Part shown: positions 49,173-52,488 of the stretch, piece after piece | Layout: every line of letters starts with the position of its first letter | How positions within the stretch are numbered: the stretch's first letter is position 1 | Virus record (IMG/VR): IMGVR_UViG_2537561830_000002 | Length of the DNA: 52,488 nt | Source: a virus | Lineage: Duplodnaviria; Heunggongvirae; Uroviricota; Caudoviricetes | Direction: 5' to 3' (one strand) | Translations under genes and position numbers: made by a program | Notes under the pieces: model-generated | The model's database searches: none | What the model was told of the DNA's origin: nothing | The model's input: only the letters and a program-made list of their open reading frames with translations

Positions 49173-51074
49173 ATGTTAGAAATTACCGCCTCACGAATTA
49201 GTAATGTTGTGACATTTACCACTGATTTCAAGAGCTTACAGAAAGCTAAGAATGAAGTGGATAAGCTACAAAAGAAGATGCAGGGGATCAAACCTGTGCA
49301 AGTGGCGGCAGCACGTCAGAAAGATTTACAGAGGCTGGGAAAAGAGATTCAGCGCCAGCATGATCAGCATGTTAAGCGGGCTGTTAAATCTGAGACACAG
49401 GCATCTAAAGCCAGCACTAAACAGAAGCTACAGGAAGCTAAAAACCTCGCTAAAGCACAGGCTAAACAAGCCTCAATTGCTGAAAAGGCAGAGATCAAGC
49501 GCCTTGCATCATATCGCCAGTTACAAGGCATCAAGAACAATTCCCGCTATGGCGAAGGGATGGATATTAAGAAATATCACGATGCTCTACGTTACATTAA
49601 GGAACAAACCCGCCTCTATGAATCCGGCGCTATATCGCAAGCGAAGATGAATGCCCTGATCCGTGACCGCATCACATTAGAAAGACGAGCCGCAGCCGCT
49701 GCTACGCGTCGTAATGCTGCCGCTGGGGGTGTATATCCAGTTACTTCTAAGAAGCTCCACAAAGAAGGTGTTAGCGGCGGTGGCGCGTTAATGATGGGCG
49801 GTGTTGGTGGCATTATCGGCGGCGCTGCCGTTGGCTTAGGAAGTATGGCTGTATCTGCTGGAATGGAAAAAGCCCGTGAACGTATGGAATTGCAGAAGAT
49901 GAGCGATCTGGTAGGCGCAGACTCCAACCAGGTGGCTGCAATGGTTAATTGGGGGAGGGCAAACGGTGTATCAAGTGCAAGCGTGGACAAGACCACTGAC
50001 AATATCAAAGACTTAAACGAACGCATTGGTCATCAAAGCCGAACTGCTGAATGGGATAGTAAGAAAAAAGAGTGGCGAGGCGGGGAAGGATCATTAAATG
50101 ATATTCAGAATGCCTTTGCATGGAACAAAGATAAGATAGCTTCCTACCAGGGGCGACCGCTGCAACTCCTGCAAGACGTGGTGAGAGAAGGTGAACGCCG
50201 AGGAATGACTAAAGAAGCCATCATATCCCTGATCGAACCATTAGCAGACGATGCCAGCCATTATCTCAAGATGTTTTCCCGTGATGGGGAAGAGTTCCGT
50301 AAAACGATGGTTGATATGGAAAACAACGGGCAGCTACTGACAGAAGCACAGAAAGAGCAATATCGCGCAGCTAACAAGACAGCTACAGCCTTTGACCGTC
50401 TGACAGATGGACTATCGAATCAGGCTATTTTGGGCTTCTTTGATGGCATAGCCAACATGCCAGCACTCAAACCGGAAGAAAGCAAAGCCTTACAGAATGC
50501 AGCTTATGGTGTTGGTGCATCGTTCGGGGATTTGGCTAAACAAGGCGCTGTATTACTGACCTCTATGACTTCTTACGGGAATCAAATCACAAGCTGGATT
50601 AATAAACATCTTAGCCGTGGTGAGAATGATAACCGACCTGAGACACAAAAGGTTATGGACGCTGTTACAGATGGGGAATGGTCGCCATCAACGATTATCA
50701 ATGAAGGTATTCGTTATGCAACTGGACTCGATACGAAAGATGTAGGGCGTATTGTGCGCGGTGAGGAAACACAGTCCGGCGTTCCAGGGTGGTGGACTGA
50801 TTTAATTAATGGCAATGCTAACAGCTACGGATCAACCCTTGTTGCACGTAAAGCAGAAGCCTATCAGCCGACTGTAAGCCTACAACGTCAATACGCAACT
50901 CCTGTTAACGTGAATGCACAGGTTACGGTGCCGAGTGATATGATCTCTGTTAACGTCATCCCTAACGGTCCCGGCTTTCAGGATTTAATCCGCACTGAGA
51001 TCAGAGCGAACAACAATCAGTTTAGTTCGAATCTGATTCTTAGCACGTTGTCAGGACAGAGTAGCGTTAACTAA
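49173..51074 (+). CDS. tape-measure-like protein (633 aa)
   Basis: Long helical Lys/Ala/Gln-rich N-terminus, Gly-rich hydrophobic block GGGALMMGGVGGIIGGAAVGLGSMAVSAG. Confidence 0.6.
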   Translation: MLEITASRISNVVTFTTDFKSLQKAKNEVDKLQKKMQGIKPVQVAAARQKDLQRLGKEIQRQHDQHVKRAVKSETQASKASTKQKLQEAKNLAKAQAKQASIAEKAEIKRLASYRQLQGIKNNSRYGEGMDIKKYHDALRYIKEQTRLYESGAISQAKMNALIRDRITLERRAAAAATRRNAAAGGVYPVTSKKLHKEGVSGGGALMMGGVGGIIGGAAVGLGSMAVSAGMEKARERMELQKMSDLVGADSNQVAAMVNWGRANGVSSASVDKTTDNIKDLNERIGHQSRTAEWDSKKKEWRGGEGSLNDIQNAFAWNKDKIASYQGRPLQLLQDVVREGERRGMTKEAIISLIEPLADDASHYLKMFSRDGEEFRKTMVDMENNGQLLTEAQKEQYRAANKTATAFDRLTDGLSNQAILGFFDGIANMPALKPEESKALQNAAYGVGASFGDLAKQGAVLLTSMTSYGNQITSWINKHLSRGENDNRPETQKVMDAVTDGEWSPSTIINEGIRYATGLDTKDVGRIVRGEETQSGVPGWWTDLINGNANSYGSTLVARKAEAYQPTVSLQRQYATPVNVNAQVTVPSDMISVNVIPNGPGFQDLIRTEIRANNNQFSSNLILSTLSGQSSVN

Positions 51075-51147
51075 GTTTAACGATAACTAATAATAAAGCG
51101 GGGGCAATATTTATTGCTTTCCGCTCATTACACAAGGATTAATATAA

Positions 51148-51439
51148 ATGGTTATCAAAGAAAGTCAGATCAACAGCACATCTAACATTAATACATCTAA
51201 CAGCAAGGTTAAATCTGATAACGGATTTGCCATTATATGTAGCAACCTGAATAACGAAAATGCATCAACGATAGCCAGTTATAAAGCTATTACTTTTGAC
51301 GCTGTTCCGGCAACTAAGGTTTCACGTTCTGCCGATGTTACATCGTATCCTGTGCAGGATGGTAATGATGTATCTGATAATGTCAGGATCAAGAATAATA
51401 AACTTATGCTTTCAGGCATTATTACAGAAACACCATTAG
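51148..51439 (+). pseudogene. tail-protein-like gene truncated by IS5 insertion
   Basis: ORF runs into the IS5 left end at 51440; only about 97 codons of native sequence. Confidence 0.5.

Positions 51440-52488
<1,049 letters not shown>

Overview
This window looks like the thrW locus of an Escherichia/Shigella-type chromosome, read by eye from the sequence and ORF track with no database searches run. proA (1-1254) and tRNA-Thr thrW (1369-1444) are followed by a ~39.5-kb mosaic temperate prophage (1446-40903) bounded by a perfect 47-bp direct repeat of the thrW 3' end (1399-1445 and 40857-40903). The prophage carries P22-type int/xis, leftward early genes (YfdP/Q/R-like), a CI/Cro/CII-like immunity region, an O-like replication gene with internal iterons, Dam methylase, RusA, KilA-N, DUF968, a P22 gene-23-type Q antiterminator, a lambda-type lysis cassette (holin, R endolysin, Rz/Rz1, bor), HNH plus terminase, an HK97-type head, a Mu-type contractile tail, and an invertible tail-fibre segment with a Pin/Gin-type invertase. 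The strongest candidate for an undescribed system is an AT-rich, reverse-oriented three-gene operon (13060-15218) inserted between Q and the late promoter/lysis genes; two of its proteins have no motif I recognise and the third has a PD-(D/E)xK-like nuclease signature. Other cargo includes a signal-anchored moron inside the tail operon (30006-30536), a GIY-YIG nuclease-domain gene (38026-38799), a 3' fragment of tRNA-Ser (38965-39030), an AraC-family regulator and an IS3-family transposase remnant just inside attR. Downstream of attR is a second AT-rich island (about 41.5-51.4 kb) with a small serine recombinase, tandem and inverted repeats, many small ORFs and phage-like structural genes, cut off by an IS5 copy (51440 to window end). 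No rRNA or CRISPR array was seen.
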